Shown: positions 25,176-37,914 of the stretch, piece after piece | Position numbering within the stretch: the first letter of the stretch is position 1 | Layout of the letters: each line of letters opens with the position of its first letter | Source: Leucoraja ocellata | Taxonomy: Eukaryota | Assembly: GCA_036785375.1 (NCBI GenBank) | Contig: JAWMAR010000471.1 | Span: 1,240,001 to 1,304,000, forward strand | Length of the DNA stretch: 64,000 nt | Direction: 5' to 3' | The notes under the pieces: generated by a model | The model's input: only the letters and a program-made list of their open reading frames with translations | Database searches by the model: none | Told to the model about the DNA's origin: nothing | Position numbers and translations under genes: made by a program

Positions 25176-26173
25176 TAGCTGGAATCCTTTTGCTATGAAA
25201 GCTATGCTGGAATAACTCGGCGGGGCAGGCAGCATCTCTGAGGAGAAGGAATGGGTGACGTTTCGGCTCGAGACCTTTCTTCGGCCTCTCGACTCTTCGG
25301 GTATGAATAATGTTTTTCGGATCAGTTTCCCCAGAACGCGGGTAATCGGAGCATTCTGGGACTTTCGGCACGAACAGGCTGATTCCGCATTTTTATTTGA
25401 CCACGGCCGATTGCCCCAATTCAATCCCCTATCCCCCTTCTTCCACGTATCACTGGCTCCCCCCCCCCCCCCCCCCCCCCGAGCCCCAGGAACAGAATAT
25501 ATATCACCGTTTGAACATACTGAATGGTACGCTCTTCAGTCTGTATCCATTTTCGCACCAATTCACCATCTTACGGTTGGTGTTGGCGTTGACTATCAGA
25601 ATAACAATATAACATTATTGTTGGGAAACTGACGAAACTGCAGATGCTGCATTACATTTTTAAAAAATGCACAGAATGCTGGAGTAACTCAACGGGTCAG
25701 GTAGAATATCTGGAGAACATGGATGGAGTTTCAGTTCGGGGCAGTTCATCAGAATGATTGTGGTGAGGGGAGAGAGGATAACAGTCGAAAGGTAGGGGGG
25801 TTAGCTCAAAGCCTGGCCATATCTAAGGGGACACGGGAGAGAAGGGGCGTTGATAGGCAACTAGTTGGAGCAATCCCAGAGTTGAAAAGACAAAAGCCCT
25901 GACACAAAAAGGAGTAAACAGCCGGGAATTGTGAAGCTCCTTCCAGCCTTCTCTCCCCTCAGTCCTAGCCCCACCACCACCACAATCAGTCTGAAGAATG
26001 GTCCTTACCCGAAACCTCATCCATCTATGAGATGCTGCCTGGTTCGCTGTGTTTCGCCGGCACAATGGAGGGAGGATAACGTACGTCTCTTTATGAGAGG
26101 CTTCAAGAAAAATCCTAGGACATATGCACTAGTTGAGGAGGGAAATGTTGTGGACATTTTATGTCCAGCAGGG

Positions 26174-26733
26174 CATAGAAACATAGAAATTAGGTGCAGG
26201 AGTAGGCCATTCGGCCCTTCGAGCCTGCACCGCCATTCAATATGATCATGGCTGATCATCCAACTCAGTATCCCGTACCTGCCTTCTCTCCATACCATCT
26301 GATCCCCTTAGCCACAAGGGCCACATCTAACTCCCTCTTAAATATAGCCAATGAACTGTGGCCTCGACTACCCTCTGCGGCAGCGAGTTCCAGAGATTCA
26401 CCACTCTGTGTGTGAAAAAAGTTCTTCTCATCTCGGTTTTAAAGGATTTCCCCCGTATCCTTAAGCTGTGACCCCTTGTCCTGGACTTCCCCAACATCGG
26501 GAACACTCTTCCTGCATCTAGCCTGTCTAACCCCTTAAGAATGGTGTACGTTTCTATAAGATCCCCTCTCAATCTCCTAAATTCTAGAGAGTATAAACCA
26601 AGTCTGTCTAGTCTTTCTTCATAAGACAGTCCTGACATCCCAGGAATCAGTCTGGTGAACCTTCTCTGCACTCCCTCTATGGCAATAATGTCCTTCCTCA
26701 GATTTGGAGACCAAAACTGTACGCAATACTCCA
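26174..26733 (-). mobile_element. CR1 3' fragment
   Basis: ORF 26327-26734 and tail. Confidence 0.9.
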
Positions 26734-27229
26734 TGTCATGTTATAAAGTGCCGCGTGGTTGGCTGCCCTGGAACGGTAGCACGAGATCCAGGTGGATTTT
26801 GTTAAATGGGGAGAAAATCAACTTGAAGGGAGAAAGCAGAGTAGGATGGCGGAAGATATTTTTTTTTCGGACTGGATGCCTGCGACTAGGTGTCTGCCTC
26901 AAGCATCAGTTCTGGGCCCAATGATGTTTGTCATTGATATCGAAGATTTGGATGAGAATGTAGAAGGCATGCATTGAAGATGACACCACGGTAGGTGGAG
27001 TCGTAGAGAGCGAAGATGATAATCAAAAACCACCGGAGGATCTTGATCAGTTCCACAAGTGGGCCGAGCAATGGTTGTTGAATTTTGATGAAGATAAGTG
27101 AGAGGTTTCGGTTTTTGCGTAGTCAAACAGGGCAGGACCTTTCCGGCGAATAACAGTGCAGTGGGGAGCACTGCAGAGCCACGGACTCCAACCTCCCGTC
27201 ACGGCGACTATTTGCTCCCTGAAAGAAAG

Positions 27230-27272
27230 ATGGAAATGCTGCTTGCTTGCATATTTTGTGCATGTTTATTCC
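27230..27272 (+). CDS. Leader exon of V3
   Basis: MEMLLACIFCACLF then C|GTAAGT; phase 1; paralogous to 35002-35044. Confidence 0.9.
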
Positions 27273-28043
27273 GTAAGTACCTTTAAGACAAAAGTGAGGT
27301 TAACTGAAGCCAACTTTGACATAGACATAGAAACATAGAAAATAGGTGCAGGAGGAGGCCCTTCGGCCCTTCGAGATCTGTGATTTAGACACATAGAAAC
27401 CTAGAAACATAGAAAATGTGTGCAGGAATAGGCCATTCGGCCATTTGTCGGCTATATTCTCAATGTTCGTGGGATTTCTGAAGAGTCCGGGAGTAGTGGT
27501 CACAATCGGCCTGGAGACTGGGGCTCGTGACATCCATGGACTCCTCGAGTGCAGTCTGAGTTGTGTGTACTTTCTGAACACTTCAATCTGGAAAATGAGT
27601 TCGGGCAGGATATTTCACATGTGCGACATTGTGGTGTGTTTTTTTTTTCTTAGCAGATAATTCAATCTGCTGTCTGCCATGTCCGTCTCGCTAGACCTTG
27701 CTGGGTTCAATTGCTATCGCAGCCAACGGGTGCTGTGCACTATAGGACCCATTGTGGAAAAATCCACTGTTGCAACAACACGATGCAGCGCTTAAAGACC
27801 TTGGTTTGGCCGCATTTGTAGCGTCGCCTACAGTTCCCATCGTCTTATTGATGGAAACGCGTGGAGGTTTTGGTTAGGATGCAGGCTAGGACTACCAGAA
27901 TACTAATTGGAAGGAACTGAAGGTGCTGGTTTAAACCGAAGATTTAGTATCTCCAGCCCTATACCCAGAATACTACTTGGATTAAAGGGTGCTAACTTTC
28001 AGGCCAGATGGGGCAGAGTTGGCTTGTTTAACATGGATTATAA

Positions 28044-28262
28044 TGCCCCTGTCCCACTTAGGAACGGAAACCTCCGGATACTTTGCGCCCCACCCAAGGT
28101 TTCCGTGCGGTTCCCGAAGGTTGCAGGTGGTTGCCGGAGGTTGCAGGTAGTGGAAGCAGGGAGGGAGACTGACAAAAACCTCCGGGAACCGCACGGAAAC
28201 CTTTGGTGGGGCGCGAAGTCTCCAGAGGTTTCCGTTCAGGGTTCCTAAGTGGGACAGGGGCA
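28044..28262. mobile_element. MITE, PIF/Harbinger-like (other copies 32500-32714, 37709-37825, 50334-50540, 51169-51388)
   Basis: Long TIRs tgcccctgtcccacttagg...cctaagtgggacaggggca, flanked by TAA/TTA. Confidence 0.8.
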
Positions 28263-28651
28263 TTAGGGGCTCCGATCTGATTAAAGTATATGAACCTATG
28301 AGAGATATGGAAAGTGTAGGCATTCAGAACGGGTTTTTTCTTTCCCACTGTGGAATTATTAAATACTAGATGCCCTTCCATTAAGGTGAAGCGTGCAAAA
28401 CGCAAACGATGTGTGCGGGTTATTTACGGGGAGAGCGGTAAGTACATGGGACATGCTGCCGGGGGTGGGGATAGAGGCGATACGACAGAGGCTTTTAAGA
28501 GGGTTTGAGATAAACACACGGACATGCACGGAAAGGAGAGATATGAGTGATTTACAGAAGATGCACTTAGTTGAGCTTTGCATCGTGTTCGGCGCAGACA
28601 TTGTTGGCTGAACGTCTTGTTCCGATTCTGCCCGTATTTCTGTTCCATGTT

Positions 28652-28950
28652 ATAGAAACATAGAAACATAGAAAAAATGTGCAGGATTAGGCCATTCGGC
28701 CCTTCGAGCTTGCACCGCCATTCAATATGATCACGGCTCATCATCCAACTCAGTATCCCGTGCCTGCCTTCTCTCCATACCCCCTGATCCCTTTAGCCAC
28801 AAGGGCCACATCTAACTCCCTCTTAAATATAGCCAATGAAATGTGGCCTCAACTACCTGCTGTGGCAGAGAATTCCACAGACTGACCACTCTCTGTGTGT
28901 GAAAAATGGTTTTCTCATCTCACTCCTAAAAGATTTCCCCCTTATCCTTA
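28652..28950 (-). mobile_element. CR1 3' fragment in the V3 intron
   Basis: Tail and 3' end of ORF2. Confidence 0.88.
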
Positions 28951-29102
28951 TCCTTCGCAGCTGATGTTTTCTGAAACACGGAGTAACATTATGTAAACGT
29001 GTATTTTGTCCGAATGTCGAAACGTTGCATTTGTTCGGCGGTCAAACGAAACCATCGTCTAACTGCCACTATTATTCTCTTGACACGGAATCTATTTCAC
29101 AG

Positions 29103-29412
29103 GACAGGGCGCTGGGAATTCGATCACTCAGACCGAGTCTTTACTGAGACAGGGAAAAGATGAATTGGTGAAACTAACCTGCACCTACAATACTGCAGCA
29201 CACACGTATTGGTTATATTGGTATCGACAAATTGCCGAGGAAAATCCTGAGTTTATTGTGATGATACGATCTTGGGACCATCGGGAAACATCGGGAGACA
29301 TATTAGAGAAACGCTTCTCCATGGATCTCCAGACAGCGACTTCATTTGTCCATTTAACTATCTGGGGCCTCCAGCTGACAGACTCTGCAGTCTATTACTG
29401 CGCCCTGAGTTC
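29103..29412 (+). CDS. TCR delta/alpha V exon (V3), intact
   Basis: Acceptor tctatttcacag. (R)QGAGNSITQ...VKLTCTY...LYWYRQ...RFSMDLQ...LTDSAVYYCALS, open frame. Confidence 0.95.
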
Positions 29413-29451
29413 CACAGTGATTGGAAGCAGTCTCTGCGCAGTGCAATAACC
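29413..29451 (+). promoter_or_regulatory. 23-RSS of V3
   Basis: CACAGTG 29413-29419, 23 nt, GCAATAACC 29443-29451. Confidence 0.93.
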
Positions 29452-30402
29452 GCCTGTGGTGAGCCTTTCTTGTCATTGTCTGTGTTTCCCAGGGGTTCAA
29501 GAGCTCAGTTGGGGCAGCCATGTGCAGAGCGCCAATAGGTGCGCAGACACACACACACACAGACAGGAAACCTCGGATATACTAGTCAGCCACCGCATCC
29601 TGGTGAACCAGAGGAACTAAGCAAACTTCAAACGACGCGATTTGTTTCAATTCCATGATCTAGACCAATAAAATATAAAGTGTAAAATTGCTCATTCAAG
29701 TCCGACGCTGCGGAAATCTCTGGCCAATGGCGTTAAACATTAAACTAGTATCTAGCTTCCAATACAAGTGGCTCTTATCTTGTTCAACCGTTTCCTGCGC
29801 GGCAGGAGTATGGGGTTAGGAGGGAGTCATATATCCTGGTTGAATGGCGGAGTAAACTTGATGGACCGAATGGCCCAATTCTGCTCCTATCTCTTATGAC
29901 CTTGTTAAACTTTAGTTTCTTGGGACCTATCTCTGCGCGTATTACCCGATGCATTCAAACTGCTGATATTCCGTAATTCTTATATCTATGTATAGCATTC
30001 TGGGGGCAGGGTTGTGCATATATCATATGATCATATGCAATCTATATTGCTGCTGGAGCTAAGACATTACCCATCCATGTTCTCCAGAGATGCCACCAAG
30101 TCGCTATGTTTCGCCAGCAGTTTGTGGCGCTTTAGCAATTAAAGTTTAAATCAGAACTAGCTGTAAGTATTCAATTGCTGCGCGCGTTGCCAGTAGAAGA
30201 TATCAGCATCTGGCAAGCTATTGGAGCCATTGGGTTAGCAGTCACTATCTCCGATCAGCCACAGGAGGTCGCTCGTTAATCTCTGCACAGAATCCACAGG
30301 TGTTTCCGTTCAGTTAAGCGGGGAAATACCGTTTGCAATGCAACGTTGGACTCGAGCCCAGATTGTGTCGGAGACAAAATGTGCATCAAAGAACTGCAGA
30401 TG

Positions 30403-30906
30403 CTTAAGGGGTTGGACAGGCTAGATGCAGGAAGATTGCTCCCGATGTTGGGGAAGTCCAGGACAAGGGGGTCACAGCTTAAGGATAACAATTACAGCAC
30501 GGAAACAGGCCATCTCGGCACTACAAGTCCGTGCCAAACAACTTTTTTCCCTTAGTCCCACCTGCCTGCACTCATACCATAACCCTCCATTCCCTTCTCA
30601 TCCATATGCCTATCCATAAGGGGGAAATCCTTTAAAACTGAGATGAGAATATTTTTTTTCACACAGAGAGTGGTGAATCACTGGAACTCTCTGCCACAGA
30701 GGGTCGTCGAGGCCAGTTAATTGGCTATATTTAAGAGGGAGTTAGATGTGGCCCTTGTGGCTAAGGGGATCAGAGGGTATGGAGAGAAGGCAGGTACGGG
30801 ATACTGAGTTGGATGATCAGCCATGATCATATTGAATGGCGGTGCAGGCTGGAGGGGTCGAATGGCCTACTCCTGCACCTAATTTCTATGTTTCTATGTT
30901 TCTATG
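30403..30906 (+). mobile_element. CR1 3' fragment containing an inverted tail of the second CR1 family (~30488-30616)
   Basis: ORF2 C-terminus interrupted at aaggataa; tail at ~30890. Confidence 0.85.
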
Positions 30907-31388
30907 CTGGTTTAAACCGAAGCTAGACACAAAATGCTGCAATAACTCAACGGGACAGGCAGCGTCTCTTGAGAGAAGGAATGGGTGACGTTTCTGATCG
31001 AGAACTTTCTAAGGGTCATTCCTTGGATAGGAGCCAGGTGGACTGAGTGGAAACGAGAACAAAATGCCTTTCACTATATTCACGATGGAATTAGTCGCAT
31101 TTCGTGTGCCTAATGGGATCAAGGGGTATGTGGAAGAAGCAGGAAATGGGGTCTGAATTCGGATGATCAACAATGATCCAGTTCATTCAATGCTGACGTT
31201 GTTTATATCATTGTTCTTCTATATGAAATAGACGTGAGATCAATTAAGCTTCCACTGCCTTGTGCAAGAATGAAATACATCGTTACTTTAAAATGAGACA
31301 TCCATGGACTGGATAGTATTAATGCTTCATCAATCCCTCTCATCGCTGATTGTTCGTTGTTTTCTGACTCTGCGGAGTGTGCGGCTTA

Positions 31389-31690
31389 AGGGGCTATCCC
31401 ACGAGCATGCGACCCCATGCGGCAAGCGCGACCTAACGTGGTCGTTTGAGCCGTACGGCCACGCGGCGCCGGTCCCACTTCGATCGACGGAGCCGTATGG
31501 AGTTGTGCGGAGCTGGTCCCGACATCGCGGGGGGCTCCGAAAAACTGACCTTGTACAAAGATTCCGCGCGGCAACTGCCCGCCGGCCCGCAGCCGCATTG
31601 AGGACATCCCGCGGACTTCGCTCGAACTTCACGTCACTCACTCGACCTCCGGTTTGGTCGCGCTTGCCGCACGCTCGTGGGACAGGCCCT
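31389..31690. mobile_element. MITE with related TIRs (Harbinger-like)
   Basis: aggggctatcccacgagc ... gctcgtgggacaggccct, flanked by tta/taa. Confidence 0.7.
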
Positions 31691-31742
31691 TAAAGCTGCT
31701 GCTTTTCATTAAAATTCCATGAGGGATATATTTCAAAATATC

Positions 31743-32316
31743 ATGTTCCCAATGATCGGGGAAACTAGAACTAGGGGACATAGTTGCAGAATAAGGGGGG
31801 GCTCTTTTAAAACTGAGATGAGGAAGAACTTCTTCACCCAGAGGGTGGTTAATTTATGGAATTCACTGCCCCAGGAAGCAGTGGAAGCAGAAACTTTAAA
31901 TATATTTAAGACTAAAATAGATGTTTTTTTAGCTGCCAAGGGGATAAGGGGCTACGGGGAGAGGGCAGGGATATGGACCTAGGTATGGTTAGTATAGTAA
32001 GACCTGAGTGATCTCCTGGACAAGTGTCGATCGCCTAGATTGGGGTCGGAGAGGAATTTCCCGGATTTTTTTTCCCGAATTGGACCTGGGTTTTTATCCG
32101 GTTTTTTGCCTCCCCCAGGAGATCACGAGGTTCTTGGGGTGGAGAGGGGTGATAGTGGTATAAAGGGGAGGGTAGTGTCTTGTGTTCTGTGTCTTGTGTC
32201 TACTGTTTGTGGGTAAGTGTGTCTGTTTAGTGTTCAGCCATGAGCGAATGGCGGTGCGGGCTCGATGGACCTGGTGGTCTGCTCTCGCACCTACTTTCTA
32301 TGTTTCTATGTTTCTA
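31743..32316 (+). mobile_element. CR1 3' fragment, variant with longer 3' UTR
   Basis: MFPMIGETRTRGH...VNLWNSLP; (ctatgttt)n tail. Confidence 0.85.
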
Positions 32317-32715
32317 AATGACTTGTGGTTTAAACAAAATATTTAATTGAAAGAAGGCTCCGTGTTTGAGATTCACAAATCACCATTGGACACGCGTGTG
32401 GTGCAGGATTGCTGGAGGGAGGATAACATGTTTCTCATTTGGAGAGACTGCAAGAAAAAGCCTGGGACATATGCACCGATGAATCAGCCGTCTGTGTTAT
32501 GCCCCTGTCCCGCTTAGGAAACCTGAACGGAAACCTCTGGAGACGTTGCGCCCCGCGCAAGGTTTCCGTGCGGTTCCCGGAGGTTTCTCTCAATCTCCCT
32601 ACCTGCATCCACGACCTGCAACCTCCGGCAACCACCTACAACCTCCGGGAACCGCACGGAAACCTTGGGTGGAGCGCAAAGTCTCCAGAGGTCTCCGTTC
32701 GTGTTTCCTAAGTGT

Positions 32716-34525
32716 TTCCCTTCTCATCCATATGCCTATCCAATTTATTTTTAAATGATACCAAAGAACCTTCCTCCACCACTTCCACTGGAAGCTCATT
32801 CCACACCGTTACCACTCTCTGAGTAAAGAAGTTCCCCCTTATATTACCCCTAAACTTCTGTCCCTTAATTCTGAAGTCATGTCCTCTTGTTTGAATCTTC
32901 CCTATTCTCAAAGGGAAAAGCTTGTCCACGTCAACTCTGTCTATCCCTCTGATCATCTTCAAATCCAGTGTTAAAACACATTTGTACTCCCTGGCTTTTG
33001 ACCATGCCTGAGGCTTTGCTTCTGTTTGTGGTGTTTTTGATGTTTCTTTATTTTACATGTCTTTTCCTACTATTTCTTTTGATTGTTATTTTTGGTGTGT
33101 ATTAACTTTTTTGTCGATGATTAGTGATGTACAGCACTTTGTTGCAGCTATGTTTGTTTTTAAAGTGCTCTATAAATAAAATTATTATTATTATTATCAT
33201 TATTTTAAAGACATCTATCAAGTCCCCCTTAACCTTCTGCGCTCCAGAGAATAAAGACCTAACTTATTCAACCTATCTCTGTAACTTAGTTGTTGAAACC
33301 CAGGCAACATTCTGGTAAATCTCCTCTGTACTCTCTCTATTTTGTTGACATCCTTCCTATAATTTGGCGACCAAAATTGTACACCATACTCCAGATTTGG
33401 TCTCACCAATGCCTTGTACAATTTTAACATTACATCCCAGCTTCTATACTCAATGCTCTGATTTATAAAGGCTAGCATACCAAAAGCTTTCTTTACCACC
33501 CTATCTACATGCGATTCCACCTTCAGGGAACTGTGCACAGTTATTCCCATAGTTTTGAAGAAGTGACCCAAAATGTTTAGTGAGGGGAATGTCGTAGACA
33601 TTGTATGTTCAGCAAAGCATTTGATAAAGTGCCGCGTGGTTGACTGCTCTGGAATGGTAGCACGAGATCCAGGGGGGGTCTTGCTAACTGGGTCGAAAAT
33701 TCGCTTCAAGGAAGAAAGCAGAGTAGGATGGAGGAAGATACATCTTCAGACTAGCTGCCTACGACAAGTTATGTGCCTAAAGGATCAGTTCTGGTCGCAT
33801 TGCCGTTTGTCATTTATATCGAAGATTTGGATGGAAATGTAGAAGGCAAGACTACAACTTTGGCAGATGGCACAAAAGTAGACGAGAAGCGAGGATGATT
33901 ATCAAAATCCACCGGAGGATCTCGATCAGTTCAATAGACAATAGGCAATAGGCGCAGGAGTAGGCCATTTAGCCCTTCGAGCCAGCGCCGCCATTCAATG
34001 TGATCATGTCTGATCATCCCCAATCAGTACCCCGTTCCTTTCATCTCCCTCGATCCCCTGAGTCCGCTATTTTTAAGAGCCCGATCTAGCTCTCTCTTGA
34101 AAGCATCCAGAGAACCGGCCTCCACCGCCCTCCGAGGCAGAGAATTCCACAGACTCATCACTCGGTGTGAGAAAAAGTGTTTCCTCGTCTCCGTTCTAAA
34201 TGGCTTACTCCTTATTCTTAAACTGTGGCCCCTGGTTCTGGACTCTCCCAACATCGCGAAGATCCTGCCTCTAGCGTGTCCAAGCCCTTAACAATCTTGT
34301 ATGTTTCAATGAGATGCCCTCTCATCCTTCTAAACTCCAGAGTGTACAAGCCCTGCTGTTCCATTCTCTCAGCATATGACAGCCCCGCCATCCCGGCAAT
34401 TAACCTTGTAAACCTACGCTGCACTCCCTTAATGGCAAGAAAGTCCTTCCTCAGATTATGGGACAAAAACTGCACACAATACTCCAGGTGTGGTCTCACT
34501 AGGGCCCTGTACAACTGCAGAAGGA
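32716..34525 (-). mobile_element. CR1 fragments (32716-32960, 33200-33550, 33935-34525) inserted in older LINE remnants
   Basis: ORF2 C-terminal peptides in the ORF track. Confidence 0.85.
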
Positions 34526-35001
34526 GTTGAACAAGTAGGCTGAGCAATGGTCGATGCATTTTAATGATGATAAGTGAGAGGTGTTGCATTTTGGGAAGTC
34601 AAACACGGCAGGACATCCCCGGCGAATGGTAGGGTCGTGGGGAGTGTCGCGTTGCAGAGTCTAGAAATGGGCACGGCCCGGATGGCTGTTGGGGCGACGT
34701 AGATGGGGAGAACGAATTACTTGCCTGACACGAAGTGTGTTGATTCCATCCCTATGTAGTTTATTGCGTTTCTGTGCGTTAGGAATGCCATATGAGTAAG
34801 CAGTCAGGATACTTTCTGCAGTACATGTCGATATTTAGTGGGAGATTCGGTGAATGCAGGATCTCGTAAAACCTCTATGGAAGTAGAGGCGCTGGCGTGT
34901 CAACCTACTGTCGAAGTTGTATCAGCGCAGCTCCAATTCGATCAGAGCAGTGCAGGACGCAACTTTCGGCCAAGCCAGCTGTCTGCTCCCTTAAAGGAAA
35001 G

Positions 35002-35044
35002 ATGGGCATGCTGCTTACTTTCATCTTCAGTTCATGCTTATTAG
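35002..35044 (+). CDS. Leader exon of V4
   Basis: MGMLLTFIFSSCLL then G|GTAAGT; phase 1. Confidence 0.9.
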
Positions 35045-35404
35045 GTAAGTACCTTCAAGCCAACCGTGACGTGAACGGAAGATAATTTTGTTATCCACGT
35101 GTTCTGTGATTTGTCTTTAATATTCACAATGTTCGTGAAATTTCCGAGGGGTCAGGGATTAGTGCTCACAGTCGACCTGGCGAATGTGGCTCCTAACCGC
35201 CCTGGAAGCCTCGAGTGCAGTCTGTTTTGAGCTGTCTGTACTTGCTGGGCACTCCAGTCTGGAAGATGAGTTATGGCAGGAGGGCTAACATGTGCGACAT
35301 TGTGTTTTTATTCGTAGCAGATACTTCAATCTGCTGTCTGCCATGGTCGTGTCCCGAGACTTTGCTGGCTCCAATCCCCATGACAACCAATGTGTGATGT
35401 GAAT

Positions 35405-36858
35405 CATAGCAACATAGAAACATAGAAAATATGTGCAGGGGGAGGCCATTCGGCCCTTCGACCCAGCACCGCCATCCATTGTGATCATGGCTGATCGTCC
35501 CCTGTCAATAGCCCGTGCCTGCCTTATCCCCATATCCCTTGACTCCACTAGCCCCTAGAGCTCTATCTAACTCTCTCTTAAATCCATCCACTTGGCCTCC
35601 ACTGCCCTCTGTGGCAGGGAATTCCATAAATTCACCACTCTCTGTTTTTTCTCATCTCAGTCTTAAATGGCCTCCCCTTTATTCTGAGACTGTGGCCCCT
35701 GATTCTGGACTCGCCCAACATACGGACCATTTTCCTGCATCTAGCTTGTCCAGTCTTTTTATAATTGTATATGTTTCTAGATGAAACCCCCTCATCCTTC
35801 TAAACTCCAGTGAATACAAGCCTAGTCTTTTCAATGCTTCCTCATATGACAGTCCCGCCATCCCAGGGATCAATCTCGTGAACCTACGCTGCACTGCCTC
35901 AATCACAAGGATGTCCTTCCCATGGACACATTGTAGAAACATCTATGGCGGTGCAGCGTTAAAGGACATTGGTTAGGCCGCATGTGTAGCGTTGCTTACA
36001 GATCCCACCGTCTTATTTAAGGGGGAGCATGAAGATTTTGAATAGGATGCATACTAGGATTACCAGGAAGGATCTGCAGATGCTGGTTTAAACCGAAGAT
36101 AGAGTGTCGCCAGCTTCATTGCCAGAATACTACTTGCGTTAGAGGGTGCTAGCTTTCAGAAGAGTCGGGGCAGAGTTGGCTTGTTTTCCGTTGATTGCTA
36201 GAGGCTGAGACCTGGTTGATGTACATGAACTGGCGGTGAAAGTAAATATTCTGACGGCAAAGTGAAAGGTTTTGTGTTTCCTTAGGTGGAAACATTAGAG
36301 AGTAGATGGCCTAACTTAAAGGTGAAAGGGGCAAAACATCGAGCGAAACGTGCGAGTTATTTACGGAGAGAGCGGTAATGCCTGGGACATGCTGCCGATC
36401 ATGGTAATAGAACCGATACGACAGTGGCTTTTAAGAGGCTTTAGATAAACACAAGGATATGCACGATCAGGAGAGATATCGGCAATGTGCAGGAGGAGAT
36501 ACGATTAGTTCATCTTGGCATCATGTTTGGCACAGAGATTGTAGAAACATATAAACATAGAAAATAGGTGCAGGAGTAGGCCATTTGGCCCTTCGAGCCT
36601 GCACCGCCATTCAATATGATCATGGCTGATCATCCAACTCAGTATCCTGTACCTGCCTTCTCTCCATACCCCCTGATTCCTTTAGCCACAAGGGCCACAT
36701 CTAACTCCCTCTTAAATACAGCCAATGAACTTGCCTCAACTACAATCTGTGGCAGAGAATTCCAGAGATTCACCACTCGCTGTGTGAAAAATATTTTTCT
36801 CATCTCAGTCCTAAAAGATTTCCCCCTTTATCCTTAAACTGTGACCCCTTGTTCTGGA
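35405..36858 (-). mobile_element. Two CR1 3' fragments in the V4 intron (35405-35920; 36543-36858)
   Basis: Tails and ORF2 ends; the second has a 7-bp duplication agattgt at 36536-36542 and 36859-36865. Confidence 0.85.
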
Positions 36859-37043
36859 AGATTGTGGGCAGACCGGCTTGTTGCTGTGGTGTCCGTTTAT
36901 TTGTTCCATGTAAGTCTTCGCAACTGATGCTTTCTAATACAATGTTGTGTAAAAGTGTGTTTTGGCGAAACGTTCCATTTGTTCCCTTCCACCGTCTAAC
37001 GGCCGTTTTTTTTTCTTCTCTTGACCCGGAATCCATTTCACAG

Positions 37044-37353
37044 GGCAGGGCGCTGGGGATTCGGTCACTCAGAGCCAGTCTTCGCTGAGACATGGAAAAG
37101 ATGATTTGGTGAAACTAACCTGTAACTACAATACTACCGCGTCCGCCTATTGTTTATATTGGTACCGACAGATTGCGGCGGAGAATCCTGAGATGATTGT
37201 GCTGAAACAGTCTTGGGACCAACAGGAAGAACGAGGAGACATATTAGAGAACCGTTTCTCTGCGGATCTCAAGACTGCGACTTCAATTGTGCATTTAACT
37301 ATTTGGGGTCTCCAGCTGACAGACTCTGCTGTGTATTACTGCGCCCTGAGTTC
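37044..37353 (+). CDS. TCR delta/alpha V exon (V4), intact paralogue of V3
   Basis: Acceptor ccatttcacag. (G)QGAGDSVTQ...VKLTCNY...AYCLYWYRQ...LTDSAVYYCALS; 77 of 102 aa identical to V3 by hand count. Confidence 0.95.
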
Positions 37354-37392
37354 CACAATGATCGAAAGCAGTCTCTTCGTAATGCAAAAACT
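37354..37392 (+). promoter_or_regulatory. 23-RSS of V4
   Basis: CACAATG 37354-37360, 23 nt, GCAAAAACT 37384-37392. Confidence 0.92.
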
Positions 37393-37914
37393 GCCTGCGG
37401 TGAGCATTTCCTCTCCTTTCTGGGTCTCGCATGGGTTCAAGGGCCCAATGTGGCCGCCATGTGGAGAGCGCCGACCGGTGCTCATACACACATTGACAGG
37501 AAACCTGAGAAACCTCGGATGTACTTATCAGCCATTGCATCCTGGTGAACCCGAGAAACAAAGCAAGCTTCAAACGACGCACGTTGTTTCAATACCAACA
37601 TCCAGAAAACTAATAAGTAACGTGAAAAGTGGCTAACTCCACTCGGACCCTGCGGAAACCTCTGGTCGGTGGCAGAAAACAATACCTCCCCTCGCCACCC
37701 TTTCCGTGTGCCCCTGTCCCACTTAGGAACCCTGACCAAAAACCTCTGAATACGTTGTGCCCCACGCAAGGTTTCCGTGCGGTTCCTGGAGGTATTTGTC
37801 AGTCTCCCTAATGGTCGAAAGTGGTTGACAACTATTTTGTGTTTTCCTCAAATGTCAGCATCTGCGGTCTTATATATCACCATAATGTAAATTGTAACTG
37901 TTTCATATTTTACA

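Noticed and set aside
30285-30385. QNPQVF...RLQCNV, resembling V framework 1 after an acceptor-like site
   Set aside because: In-frame stop, no WYRQ or YYC, and no RSS
37354-37636. V4 ORF reading through the RSS (176-aa ORF)
   Set aside because: No recognisable domain or transmembrane segment, and paralogue V3 stops within its RSS; likely chance
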